Positions 21,289 to 30,720 of a DNA stretch of 46,512 nucleotides are shown here, one piece after another. The first letter of the stretch is position 1. Every line of letters starts with the position of its first letter. The notes beneath the pieces were generated by a model. It was not told the origin of the DNA, did not search any database, and worked only from the letters and a program-made list of their open reading frames with translations. Position numbers and translations under genes: made by a program. This stretch comes from Pirellulales bacterium (GTDB lineage Bacteria > Planctomycetota > Planctomycetia > Pirellulales > JAGQOS01). The stretch covers positions 1 to 46,512 of the forward strand of contig JANQPJ010000178.1 of the NCBI GenBank assembly GCA_028289525.1, in the 5' to 3' direction.

Positions 21289-22722
21289 TTAGGCAATTAG
21301 ACCTTTGACCACATGCGACTCTTCGACCCCCGTCAGGCCCAGGTCGAGCCCCTGGTATCGCACGGTAAAGCGGGCATGGTCGATGCCAAGCAAGTGGAGC
21401 ATCGTGGCGTGCAGATCGCGAATATGCACCGGATCTTCGACGGCCATATATCCTAGCTCGTCGGTCGAGCCATAGGTGATTCCGCCCTTGATGCCGCCGC
21501 CGCAAAGAAACATCGAAAATCCTTTGATGTGGTGGTCGCGTCCGTTGCCTTGGGCCATCGGCGTACGGCCGAATTCGCCTCCCCAGATGACTAACGTGTC
21601 TTTGAGCATGTCGCGCTGCTTCAGGTCTTTGATCAAGGCGGCCGTTGGTTGGTCGGTCAGACCCGAGCAGATTTTCATGTACTTGTCTAATCCGCCGTGG
21701 TGATCCCAGCCACGGTGATATAGGTGAATGAAACGCACGCCGCGTTCGGCCAGCCGTCGGGCCAACAGACAATTGCTGGCGAACGAGCCATCGCCAGGCT
21801 GTTTCACCCCGTACATATCGAGCATTGACTGAGGCTCATCCGACATATCGACCAACTCAGGCACGGAAGCTTGCATGCGGAAAGCCATCTCGTACTGGGC
21901 CAACCGCGTGGCGATCTCGGGATTGTCGACCGTTTCGTTGCGCAATCGGTTCAAACCGCCAATCGCGTCGAGCACCTCGCGTTGCCGTTGCCGGTCGTAG
22001 CCAGCCGGGTTTTTCACATAGTGGACCGGGTCGCCTGTGGAATAGAACTCGACGCCTTGGAATCGGGAAGGGAGGAAGCCGCTAGCCCACTGCCGAGCAG
22101 CGATCGGCTGTGGATCGCGACCACCGACACTGGTGGCCACGACGAAGCCTGGCAAATTTTCAGTCTCGGCCCCCAGACCATACAGAGCCCAGGCACCCAT
22201 CGACGGCCGCCCGCTGATGGCTGTGCCGGTGTTCATGAACGTGTGCGCCGGATCGTGATTGATCTGTTCGGTAACCATCGAGCGGACAATGGCGATATCG
22301 TCGGCCACGGTGGCGATGTGGGGGAAATAGTCGCTGATTTCCTGACCGCTCTGGCCATGTTTTTCAAACTTTGCCCGCGGGCCATAACATTTCAATGCCT
22401 TGCCCTGCAATTGGGCAATTGGCATGCCCTTGGTATACGACTCGGGCATCGGTTTGCCATCGAGCGCCGCCAATTGGGGTCGATAATCAAACGACTCCAA
22501 ATGGCTCGGCCCACCGGCCATACAAAGAAAAATGACTCGCTTGGCCTTGGGAGCAAAGTGCCGCGGATTGACCACTCCCTGAAACGGTCCTGGTGAAGCG
22601 CCCACTGCCGTGCGGTTGGTCAACGACGCGAGAGCGGTAGCCCCGACTCCCACTCCGGTTTGGCGGAGGAACGTTCGACGCGTGGCCTGCAGGGCCGGCT
22701 GCACAAGAGATTGCGGTTGCAT
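21289..22722 (-). CDS. Tat-exported DUF1501 (sulfatase-like) protein
   Basis: TRRTFL; [15 protein letters not shown]; GWDHH; GEFGRTP; GRDHH; [11 protein letters not shown]. Confidence 0.93.
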   Translation of the reverse strand: MQPQSLVQPALQATRRTFLRQTGVGVGATALASLTNRTAVGASPGPFQGVVNPRHFAPKAKRVIFLCMAGGPSHLESFDYRPQLAALDGKPMPESYTKGMPIAQLQGKALKCYGPRAKFEKHGQSGQEISDYFPHIATVADDIAIVRSMVTEQINHDPAHTFMNTGTAISGRPSMGAWALYGLGAETENLPGFVVATSVGGRDPQPIAARQWASGFLPSRFQGVEFYSTGDPVHYVKNPAGYDRQRQREVLDAIGGLNRLRNETVDNPEIATRLAQYEMAFRMQASVPELVDMSDEPQSMLDMYGVKQPGDGSFASNCLLARRLAERGVRFIHLYHRGWDHHGGLDKYMKICSGLTDQPTAALIKDLKQRDMLKDTLVIWGGEFGRTPMAQGNGRDHHIKGFSMFLCGGGIKGGITYGSTDELGYMAVEDPVHIRDLHATMLHLLGIDHARFTVRYQGLDLGLTGVEESHVVKGLIA

Positions 22723-22758
22723 AGGACTGTTGCCTGGGTAGATCGTGAAAGTGAACGC

Positions 22759-25700
22759 TTAGTTGCGCGTAATCGTTTCATTCAAATTCAAAATCGCTCG
22801 ACTGACCGAGGTCCAAGCCGCTAGCTCGGCGGAGCCGATGTCTCGGGGCGCCTGGGTCAGACCGATCGAGGTGATTTTTTGCGCTTCCTTGGGATGCGCT
22901 TGGAAGTAAGCCCGATGGGTTGCGAGCAACTCGGCCAACACTGCCTGTTCGGCCTCCTGGGGGTGCCTGCTGACAGCTTGTCGGAATGCCCAGACAATCC
23001 GCTGGACATCGGTCTGCCCCCCCTCGTGAAGCGTGCGCACGGCGAATACCCGAGCGGCCTCGACAAAGGTCGGATCATTAAGCATTGCCAGAGCCGCGGT
23101 CGGCGTATTGCTCACCGACCGTTGGGCCGTGCATTCTTCTCGCGAGGGAGCGTCAAACGCTTTGAGCATCGGATGCAAAAACTGCCGTTGCCAATGGACA
23201 TAGAGCCCACGCCGCCACTGACGGGCATCGCTGTGTTGATGGTATTTCCGGACGGGAAAGTTCAGGTGGCTGTAATAGCCGACAGGCTGATACGGCTTGA
23301 CGCTCGGCCCTCCCAATTCGTGAACCAGCAGGCCGCTGACCGCGAGCGCCGTATCCCGAATCATCTCAGCCTGCAATCGAGGTCGAGACTGGCAGGCGTA
23401 CAGCCGGTTCAACGGATCTCGCTTGCGCAGCTCGGGCGTGCTGACCGACGACTGCCGATACGTACGGCTCATGACAATCGTCTTGAGCAGGTGTTTGACA
23501 TCCCAACCCGATTCATAAAAATCGAGTGCTAGCCGGTCCAACAATTCTGGATGGACCGGCAGTTCGCCTTGGCCGCCAAAATCGTCCAAGATGCGGGCAA
23601 TCCCGACCCCCATCAGCAACTGCCAAAAACGGTTCGCCTGCACGCGAGCAGTCAACAGGGCAACACCTCCCCGAGACTCCGGCCGGACCAACCAACGCGC
23701 CAAATCGAGCCGTGAGGCCCGGTCGTGCTGGCTCGACACTTTGCCAAGAAACTCGGGAATGGCCGGCTGCACCACTTCGCCCGATTCGTCGAGCCAGTTT
23801 CCACGTGGCAACACACGCACCGTGCGAGGTGTTTTCAACGCTTTGGTATACAGCGTGCGCGGAGCCGACTTTGTCAGCTGGGTTCGTTCCGCCGTCAAAC
23901 GGGCAATTTGGGTATCGAGCGTTTGAACCTCGGGCGACTGTTGCAGGTAATACGATTCGAGAAGCTCCCGCTGCTGACCAGTCCGTTCGGCAGGCGGAAT
24001 CTCGAACACTTTTGCCACATTGCTCGGCACCTGATCTGACAAGAGCACACCCGACCGATCCCAATAAACGGTGCCAGCAAACTGGGTGAAAGCCATCCCG
24101 GAAACGGTCGTGCCATCTGACAAGCCAACTTGCTGGGCAGGCACTTCAAGCCGTACCCATTGACCGGCCGCAGGCAGCGTGCCCTGACGCTGGTAGCCGA
24201 CCCAGCTTTCCGGACGACGCCCAAATTTAATGGCATCCGATCCCCACACGGCCCGATGCGACCAATCACCGGCCACGTTGAACTGGAGCATGATCGCTTG
24301 CGGCGGGTTCTTGGGGTCAAGATAGGCCCAAGCATAAAATGTCGTGTCGCCGGCCACATGAATCGGCTTATCGGCCTGATGAAAGTAGTGCTGCACGATC
24401 CCCGGGGCCGTTTGACGGCGACTCTTTTGGCCGCTGTGCACTGGCTTGCCGTCGGTCGAGACGAAGCTCCAGGCACCGCTGACCGCGCCGCCGGCATAGA
24501 GCACGTCGTCGACTAACACCACATCGGTCGAGACGGATTGTTCAGCCTGGGCACGCATCGTCTTTTCCCAAGTTTGCTGGTTGGCCAACAAACGGCCAGC
24601 GGCCTCGGCACGCTGTTGCTGCAAAACCACGATCTGCTCAGTCTTTTGGGCAATCTGCTGGCGGCGTACAGGCGACAAATAAGGCATCTCAGGCTCGCGC
24701 CGAGTGGGCAAACGATTTAAATCGTCATGCGGCTTTCTCAAGTGCGCTTCGTCGTCGATGTCGGCAAAAAAAGCGCCCATCGCGTAAAAGTCGTGGATCG
24801 TGTAAGGATCGTATTTGTGATTGTGGCACTGGCTACAACCGATCGTGGCCCCCATCCACACCTGGGAAAAATTGCGAATCCGATCGGCCTGATAGATCGC
24901 CCGATATTCCTTGAGTTGAACGCCCCCTTCATGCGAGGTTTGCAGCAAGCGGTTGTAGCCGGTGGCGACCAACTGGTCGTGCTCGGGGGTTTCCACCAAG
25001 TCGCCTGCCAGCTGTTCGATCGTAAAACGGTCAAACGGCAAATTGCTGCTGAAAGCCCGAATCACGTAATCGCGATACGGCCAGGTCTTTTGATCCTGGT
25101 CGCCATGATAGCCAACCGTGTCAGCATAACGGACCAGATCCAACCACCACATGGCCATCCGCTCTCCGTAGCGTGGCGAAGCCAATAAGCGATCGACGAG
25201 CCGTTCATAAGCGTCGTCCGACTGGTCTTTGACAAACGCCTGCACCTCTTCCGGCGTGGGAGGCAGGCCGAGCAAATCGAACGAAAGCCGACGGATCAGC
25301 GTCACACGATCAGCCTCAGCGGCCGGCCGTAACCCTTCGGCTTCCAATCGGGTAAGAATAAAACGGTCAATCCACCCGGCAGGCCAAGCCGCGTCTTTGA
25401 CCTCCGGTTCTGGCCAATCTTTTGGAGCCACGTAAGCCCAATGCGGTTGGTATTCGGCCCCCTCGGCAATCCAGCGACGAAACAGTTCAATTTGCTCGGG
25501 TGTAAGCGGTTTTTGCCGCGAGGTGACCGGCGGCATCCGCTCATCCTGGTCGTCGGTCGTCAAACGGCGGATCAGTTCGCTGGCGTCCACATCTCCAACA
25601 ACAATCGGGGGTTCGCCGGAGTCAGCTTCTCCCTTGGCGCTCTCTTCTTGATCGAGTCGAAAACCACCTTCGCGGCTCTCTTCATCCGGACCGTGGCAGT

Positions 25701-25824
25701 GGAAGCAGCGGTCTGAAAGAATTGGCAAGATGTCGCGGTTGAATTGAACCGCTGGCTCACTGGCAACGGCCGCGATGGCATACACGGAAATCCAAAAGCC
25801 TAGCAACCAAGAAAAATGACGCAT
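22759..25824 (-). CDS. Planctomycete cytochrome c + DUF1549 + DUF1553 (PSD1) protein
   Basis: FNRDILPILSDRCFHCHG; CSQCHNHKYDP; NRFWQ; HPELLD; AILNLNETITRN. Confidence 0.93.
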   Translation of the reverse strand: MRHFSWLLGFWISVYAIAAVASEPAVQFNRDILPILSDRCFHCHGPDEESREGGFRLDQEESAKGEADSGEPPIVVGDVDASELIRRLTTDDQDERMPPVTSRQKPLTPEQIELFRRWIAEGAEYQPHWAYVAPKDWPEPEVKDAAWPAGWIDRFILTRLEAEGLRPAAEADRVTLIRRLSFDLLGLPPTPEEVQAFVKDQSDDAYERLVDRLLASPRYGERMAMWWLDLVRYADTVGYHGDQDQKTWPYRDYVIRAFSSNLPFDRFTIEQLAGDLVETPEHDQLVATGYNRLLQTSHEGGVQLKEYRAIYQADRIRNFSQVWMGATIGCSQCHNHKYDPYTIHDFYAMGAFFADIDDEAHLRKPHDDLNRLPTRREPEMPYLSPVRRQQIAQKTEQIVVLQQQRAEAAGRLLANQQTWEKTMRAQAEQSVSTDVVLVDDVLYAGGAVSGAWSFVSTDGKPVHSGQKSRRQTAPGIVQHYFHQADKPIHVAGDTTFYAWAYLDPKNPPQAIMLQFNVAGDWSHRAVWGSDAIKFGRRPESWVGYQRQGTLPAAGQWVRLEVPAQQVGLSDGTTVSGMAFTQFAGTVYWDRSGVLLSDQVPSNVAKVFEIPPAERTGQQRELLESYYLQQSPEVQTLDTQIARLTAERTQLTKSAPRTLYTKALKTPRTVRVLPRGNWLDESGEVVQPAIPEFLGKVSSQHDRASRLDLARWLVRPESRGGVALLTARVQANRFWQLLMGVGIARILDDFGGQGELPVHPELLDRLALDFYESGWDVKHLLKTIVMSRTYRQSSVSTPELRKRDPLNRLYACQSRPRLQAEMIRDTALAVSGLLVHELGGPSVKPYQPVGYYSHLNFPVRKYHQHSDARQWRRGLYVHWQRQFLHPMLKAFDAPSREECTAQRSVSNTPTAALAMLNDPTFVEAARVFAVRTLHEGGQTDVQRIVWAFRQAVSRHPQEAEQAVLAELLATHRAYFQAHPKEAQKITSIGLTQAPRDIGSAELAAWTSVSRAILNLNETITRN

Positions 25825-26225
25825 CGTTGCGTTCCTATCTGCGATACCGATTAAGACCAGGAGCACACATCCAGGGCTCTGCGATTGAACAACTGAACAA
25901 TCCAAGCTGCAGACAACCAGCGAGCTTTTGGGGCAGGTGTGGAAAGGATGGAGCAGTACGGCGTGGGAGGACTCAGCGACCGACTAACTCTAGAGATTAT
26001 AAAGCCCAGGCCATGGCATTTGCAATGTTTTTCGGGAAAACCCCACGAGAACTGCAAAGTCGTTGCCAGGGGATAGCCGCGTGCGACAGGGAGTCCCAAA
26101 CGAGCGTTACCATGAATGCAGACAGGCGAGAAAAGTTTGGCGACAGGCTATGCAGCAATAGGCAACCGGCCAGAGACTACCATTTACCGGAACAATCTTC
26201 TGCACTCCCCTGCTAGAAAGTGTGG

Positions 26226-26242
26226 AAGCGGAGGGCAGGGGA
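26226..26242. repeat. Distal att core AAGCGGAGGGCAGGGGA (displaced tRNA-Ser 3' end)
   Basis: Identical to 42612-42628. Confidence 0.9.
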
Positions 26243-26560
26243 TTTGGCTCATCCGCTTTCCCTAACTATCTGTCGCCCAACGGATTTACATCTAAGGCCA
26301 AACCAACGCTGCGTTTAGCATGGTCTGACCAACTCCGACCAACACCGATCATAACCGGTCATGGAGGTCGGCAACAGCGACAAAACCGGGACACCAATTT
26401 GGCCCGGATCGGCCGTTTCGACGGAGGTCATGCGCCCTCCGGCGGAGGGCACACTTCTCGACACCCCCTTCTTCTCTTGTCATTCGTCGCTTTGGCCGTC
26501 TTTGGTTCGGTCGTAACGACAAGTAAGGAGGGCCGGGCTACCACTCGCGAAATCGCCGAG

Positions 26561-29149
26561 ATGGTAGCCAACGAACACGACGCTACCATCGCCAACGTCA
26601 GCGGCAATGGCAAGATTGATTTGGGGCCGCTGCCTCGTTCCAAACGCCGCCGCCGGCGGGCCAAGGCCGACTTGGGACTGCCTTCGGACGAGGAACTCAC
26701 GAAACTCGCCCGTATTTACCTTGAGAAGCAGCGGCAGCACTGGCCGCAGTTGGCGGAGGCAGGCGTGTTGCCCGAGCCCGCGGACGATGTGATCGCCGAA
26801 ATGGTTGCCGACTTCAAGCACCGGCACCGGACGGGCCAAGTTACACCGCCGGACTTTTCGATTGTGCTCCGACATTGCAGGGGAATCGGCGGCAACTACA
26901 ACCGATTTTCCACAAAGGGATCGGACCCCAAGTCCATCCTGGAGCAGGCGGGCAATAGTCTCGACAAGGCCAAGGAGGAAGGACGTTTCGTGCCCTGGTG
27001 TTACATCTTCTGCGACTATAGCCGGAGCGGATACTCCACCGCTCGCCAGGGCTATCTCAACTACAAGAAGTTATTGCGCGACAAGCGACATCCGATTGAG
27101 ACAACCTACATCGACGATTTTAGCCGCGCCTCGCGCGAGGAGTTGGAGTGGTGGCAGTTGGCGGGAACTTCTTTCCAGACGAATACTCGCCTGATCGGCG
27201 CCAGCGACGGATTCACTCTCGACGATCCCGACTGGGACATGAATGTCCGCTTTTATGGCTTGCTGTCGGCCCTGTTCAAGAAGGACTTGAAGCGCAAAGT
27301 AAAGCGAGGCATGCGCGCGACGTTTCTGGCTGGCGGCGTAGTCGGCAAACTGATTCTCGGCCATACCAAGAGGGTGCGCGTCGATGCCACGGGCAATCCG
27401 CTGCTCAAGCCGAATGGCACGCCCAAATACGAACGGTGCTTCGATGAGAACACGAAGGACTACAAGTTGCTGCTCTACCGCCTGTTTCTGGAGAAGAACA
27501 AGACGCCTTACCGGATCGCCCACATCTTCAATCGCCTGAAGATCGACGACTGGGAAGGATGGTCAGACGACTCGGTCACCTACGAGCTGTCCAATCCAGC
27601 CAACATCGGTGTCTTCATCTGGAACCAGTTCAGCACGGAATACAACTGGGACACGAAGAAATGGGAGCGCATACGGAATCCTGCCTCCGAAATGGCCGTG
27701 TACGTCAATCGCAAGCTAGGCCTGGTGGACATCGACTGGTGGAAGCGCGCTCGCCGTAAACTCGGTCGTACGCGGCGTAATAGCCCACTTACGGGAAAAC
27801 CACTTTCACGAAACGAGAAGTCGGCATCCACGCTATTCAGCAGCGCGCTGTACTGCGGCTACTGCGACCCGCCCCAGGAACTATTGCTGGTCCGTTCCGC
27901 CGGGCAGCACAAGCAACTGGGATGTCCGAACGGTACACGCCGGAAGCACAAATGTGAACTCTGTTGCTCCAAGAGCGTGCGGATTGTCGAGGACTGCCTT
28001 CTTGGCTTCATCAGCAATGTACTCTTCTCGGAGGACTATATCGCTCGCTTGGTCGTCACAGCCAACGCATATCTCGACGAGGAGTCTCGACGCCCGCGCA
28101 TCGACACGCGAGAATTGAAGGGAAAAGTGAAGCGACTGCGAGCCACCATCAAGAAGTATTTCAACCGTATCGACGCGGCCGATGACGCGAATCTCTACGA
28201 GGCATACGAAAAGCGAATCGCGACAACACAGAAGGAGTTGAACGTCGTGCTCGCAGAGTTGCGTGAAGCCGAGCAACAGAACGTCGTCCCGCCCCCTCCG
28301 CTGGATCTGGACCGGGTCAAGGTGTACGTCGACGACCTCCGGGCCCTGCTCAACCAGGAAACCGCAGCATCGGCCGAGGTACTCCGCACGCTGACGGGAA
28401 TGATCAGGATTCGCCAGGAAAAGCACTCCGACGGCAAACGCGGGGCGAAGTGGATCGCCAGCTTCAGCCCCAGTCTGCTGGGCTTGCTGCGACGTTTGGG
28501 TCGGGAGAAGGACTATCCAGATTCCCTGACATTGGAGTTCCTTTCACGGGGAATCTGGACAACTCCCGAGACGGTGGACGTCGTGATCGACAACGTGCCA
28601 AAATATGTGCACCTAGCCCCCAAGTTCATGGAAATGAAGCAGAATGGGGCGAGCATCCAGACAATCGCCAGCGCCCACGGGATGTCTTGGCAATACGCCC
28701 AGGAGATTCTGCGTTTTGCCGAAACAGGTGAGCGTCCGCTCTGGCGCGGCCACGCCACGCCGAATGGCTCGAAGTCGACCACGCCCATCTTCATCCAGAT
28801 TGAGCCAGACGTTACGCGTCTGCGAGATCACGACAAGGAGCCCTGGAAAGCGATCGTCGACTGGCTCGCCGAGCATCGCGACATACACGTCAGCGAGAGC
28901 ACGGCACGGCGTGCCTGGGATCATGGCCATCAGGATGCGATCCATTTGGCGGCAGAGGCTGGCGCAACGCCCGATCGCGGCAGTTACAGCCATCTTGGTA
29001 CGACCGTCTTCAATAAAGTTCGCAAACTCCTCGCGTCGGATGAAATGAAGGTGAAGGAGATTGCAGCGGAAGCCGGTTGCAGCGCGTCCACAGTCTACCG
29101 CGTCCGTACGCAAATCCGATCCGAGCAGAACTGCGAAACTGACTGCTGA
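26561..29149 (+). CDS. Large serine recombinase (resolvase, recombinase, Zn-ribbon and coiled-coil domains) with C-terminal HTH extension
   Basis: YNRFS catalytic motif, DYSRSG...R, DDFSRASR; CGYC...CPNG...C Zn ribbon; coiled coil; start uncertain. Confidence 0.88.
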   Translation: MVANEHDATIANVSGNGKIDLGPLPRSKRRRRRAKADLGLPSDEELTKLARIYLEKQRQHWPQLAEAGVLPEPADDVIAEMVADFKHRHRTGQVTPPDFSIVLRHCRGIGGNYNRFSTKGSDPKSILEQAGNSLDKAKEEGRFVPWCYIFCDYSRSGYSTARQGYLNYKKLLRDKRHPIETTYIDDFSRASREELEWWQLAGTSFQTNTRLIGASDGFTLDDPDWDMNVRFYGLLSALFKKDLKRKVKRGMRATFLAGGVVGKLILGHTKRVRVDATGNPLLKPNGTPKYERCFDENTKDYKLLLYRLFLEKNKTPYRIAHIFNRLKIDDWEGWSDDSVTYELSNPANIGVFIWNQFSTEYNWDTKKWERIRNPASEMAVYVNRKLGLVDIDWWKRARRKLGRTRRNSPLTGKPLSRNEKSASTLFSSALYCGYCDPPQELLLVRSAGQHKQLGCPNGTRRKHKCELCCSKSVRIVEDCLLGFISNVLFSEDYIARLVVTANAYLDEESRRPRIDTRELKGKVKRLRATIKKYFNRIDAADDANLYEAYEKRIATTQKELNVVLAELREAEQQNVVPPPPLDLDRVKVYVDDLRALLNQETAASAEVLRTLTGMIRIRQEKHSDGKRGAKWIASFSPSLLGLLRRLGREKDYPDSLTLEFLSRGIWTTPETVDVVIDNVPKYVHLAPKFMEMKQNGASIQTIASAHGMSWQYAQEILRFAETGERPLWRGHATPNGSKSTTPIFIQIEPDVTRLRDHDKEPWKAIVDWLAEHRDIHVSESTARRAWDHGHQDAIHLAAEAGATPDRGSYSHLGTTVFNKVRKLLASDEMKVKEIAAEAGCSASTVYRVRTQIRSEQNCETDC

Positions 29150-29225
29150 TTTCGATTCGGAACATCGTGCTAATTGATCGCCGACATGGAATTGCCGGCC
29201 ACCTAACCCACGCAGCCACGCCAGC

Positions 29226-29465
29226 ATGATGTTGGCGTGGCTGTTTTCGTATCAGGACATTCCGCCAATGACAACCAAACACAATATGCAGCATCATTCG
29301 TCGAAATCCGATTCGGACTTTTCAGTCGCTCACCCGAAATACAGTGACACCGTAAGCGAGTTTCTCGACCTCGTTGCCCGACTTATTGCCCGCAAGCATA
29401 TTTGCCATAGTAATTACGCTGCGTGCAATACCGATGTTCGTGGCACCGCCAATAATGACGACTGA
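29226..29465 (+). CDS. Small hypothetical protein
   Basis: ORF after the serine recombinase with amphipathic helix FLDLVARLIARKH; start uncertain. Confidence 0.3.
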   Translation: MMLAWLFSYQDIPPMTTKHNMQHHSSKSDSDFSVAHPKYSDTVSEFLDLVARLIARKHICHSNYAACNTDVRGTANNDD

Positions 29466-29481
29466 GCAGTCAATGAGGCAC

Positions 29482-29988
29482 TCAGATGTCCTCGACCTGC
29501 TGTTCGCACTGGGCGCATACGCGAACAAATATTGGGTACTGAACCTTGAGGTATTTTTTGGGGAACAGATCACGACCGATAGACCGACCCACCACTCCTC
29601 CGATAATCACTACTAACAAAAAACCGATCACATCGCCGGTGAAGGGTGTAAAGTGGAGAATCCCCATGAAGTAGAACACGAGTGTGAGCGTCAGAGTTAA
29701 CGCAGCGCCGATCGCTGCCCCTTGCATTTCAGATCCCCTGGTGTCTTCCTCCCACTCAGTTTCAGTGTGAGAAACGCTTTCCGTGCAGGCGGAACAGAGC
29801 AGCTTTCCGTAGCAGGCACACGACTGATTGGCGCACTGGTACTGCTCGTCTTCCTTTCCAACTCGAGCGCGGCACTTGAAACAGAAATAGATCCTGCATT
29901 TCGGGCACCGATACGCTTCGGAGTCCATTCCCGTACCGCATGCTGGGCATTTCGCTTGGTCGCCAATCCGTCGATACGGTTTATTCAT
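29482..29988 (-). CDS. Cys-rich zinc-finger membrane protein
   Basis: CPAC, CPKC, CFKC, C...C-x-C, CSAC; two hydrophobic segments; terminal CAQC. Confidence 0.7.
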   Translation of the reverse strand: MNKPYRRIGDQAKCPACGTGMDSEAYRCPKCRIYFCFKCRARVGKEDEQYQCANQSCACYGKLLCSACTESVSHTETEWEEDTRGSEMQGAAIGAALTLTLTLVFYFMGILHFTPFTGDVIGFLLVVIIGGVVGRSIGRDLFPKKYLKVQYPIFVRVCAQCEQQVEDI

Positions 29989-30209
29989 CGTCGCCTACTC
30001 CTCCTTCGTTTTCGATTTCTGCCTTTCGCGGCGTCGCGGCGATCGCGTTCCTCCAACTTTGTGAAGAACTGAAATCCCCAGTACAGTGCTATTCCCGCAC
30101 CGACCAAGGCGAACATACCCGGCCCTGGCCCGAGCCAGACTGCCGCGATCAGTGCACCGCCGCCGAGAACCATGGCGACTGGGCCAAACTCTTTCTGTGC
30201 ATTGAACAT
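29985..30209 (-). CDS. Small two-TM membrane protein with basic tail
   Basis: Two hydrophobic segments; ATGA overlap with the Zn-finger gene. Confidence 0.6.
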   Translation of the reverse strand: MFNAQKEFGPVAMVLGGGALIAAVWLGPGPGMFALVGAGIALYWGFQFFTKLEERDRRDAAKGRNRKRRRSRRR

Positions 30210-30675
30210 CGTCTTCCGAGATTCGTTGATAGTTGTGTGCGTAGGGCTCAGCGCATGAAAAAAGGACGCTGAACCAGGTCACTCCCACTACCCCGACTAA
30301 AGGGCGCACAGAAGGACACTGGCCAGCGCCCCTCGCGGGGCGCGGCACAAGTGTCCGCTTCTGTGCAATCAAGAGCTTGCGCTCAGGTTAGTCGTTTAGT
30401 GGGAAGCGGATTACTCGATGCTCGCGCATCGTTCCAATTGTCGATTTGGCCGCCGGCGCGGCCGAATTTGGGTTCCTTCGGGGGAGGAAGCTTTTGGGAT
30501 TCAGTCGCCAAATATACGTGCACTTACCGGCCATGGTACCCCCTCTGACTCTGTTGGGCAAACTCGGACGGTGCTGCTCTCAGAGACTCTGTTTGTCCAT
30601 TCTCGCTCGTCAACGACCACGCGAACCGGCGATATCAGCGTGGTTCCGCCATTTTGCGGGTGTTCGCCGGGTGAT

Positions 30676-30712
30676 TTGCCGATAACTCTTTACTGTAGAT
30701 AGATTTACAGTA
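30676..30712 (+). promoter_or_regulatory. Putative promoter (TTGCCG-N18-TAGATT) overlapped by palindrome TACTGTA-N8-TACAGTA
   Basis: Perfect 7-bp inverted repeat at 30691-30712 directly upstream of the methyltransferase. Confidence 0.5.
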
Positions 30713-30720
30713 TCCTGGCG

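Noticed and set aside
21162-21296. N-terminal extension of the DHDPS-like ORF
   Set aside because: Contains a REP-like copy and overlaps the DUF1501 stop
25827-26216. 129-aa ORF left of the distal att
   Set aside because: No motifs or RBS; lies in the upstream region of the DUF1553 gene
26222-26560. 113-aa N-terminal extension of the serine recombinase ORF
   Set aside because: Reads through the att core and arm-site region; the same AEGRG translation appears at the tRNA copy, so it is probably non-coding
30691-30712. Canonical LexA (SOS) box
   Set aside because: Spacer is CTGT-N10-ACAG, not N8; kept only as an unknown operator
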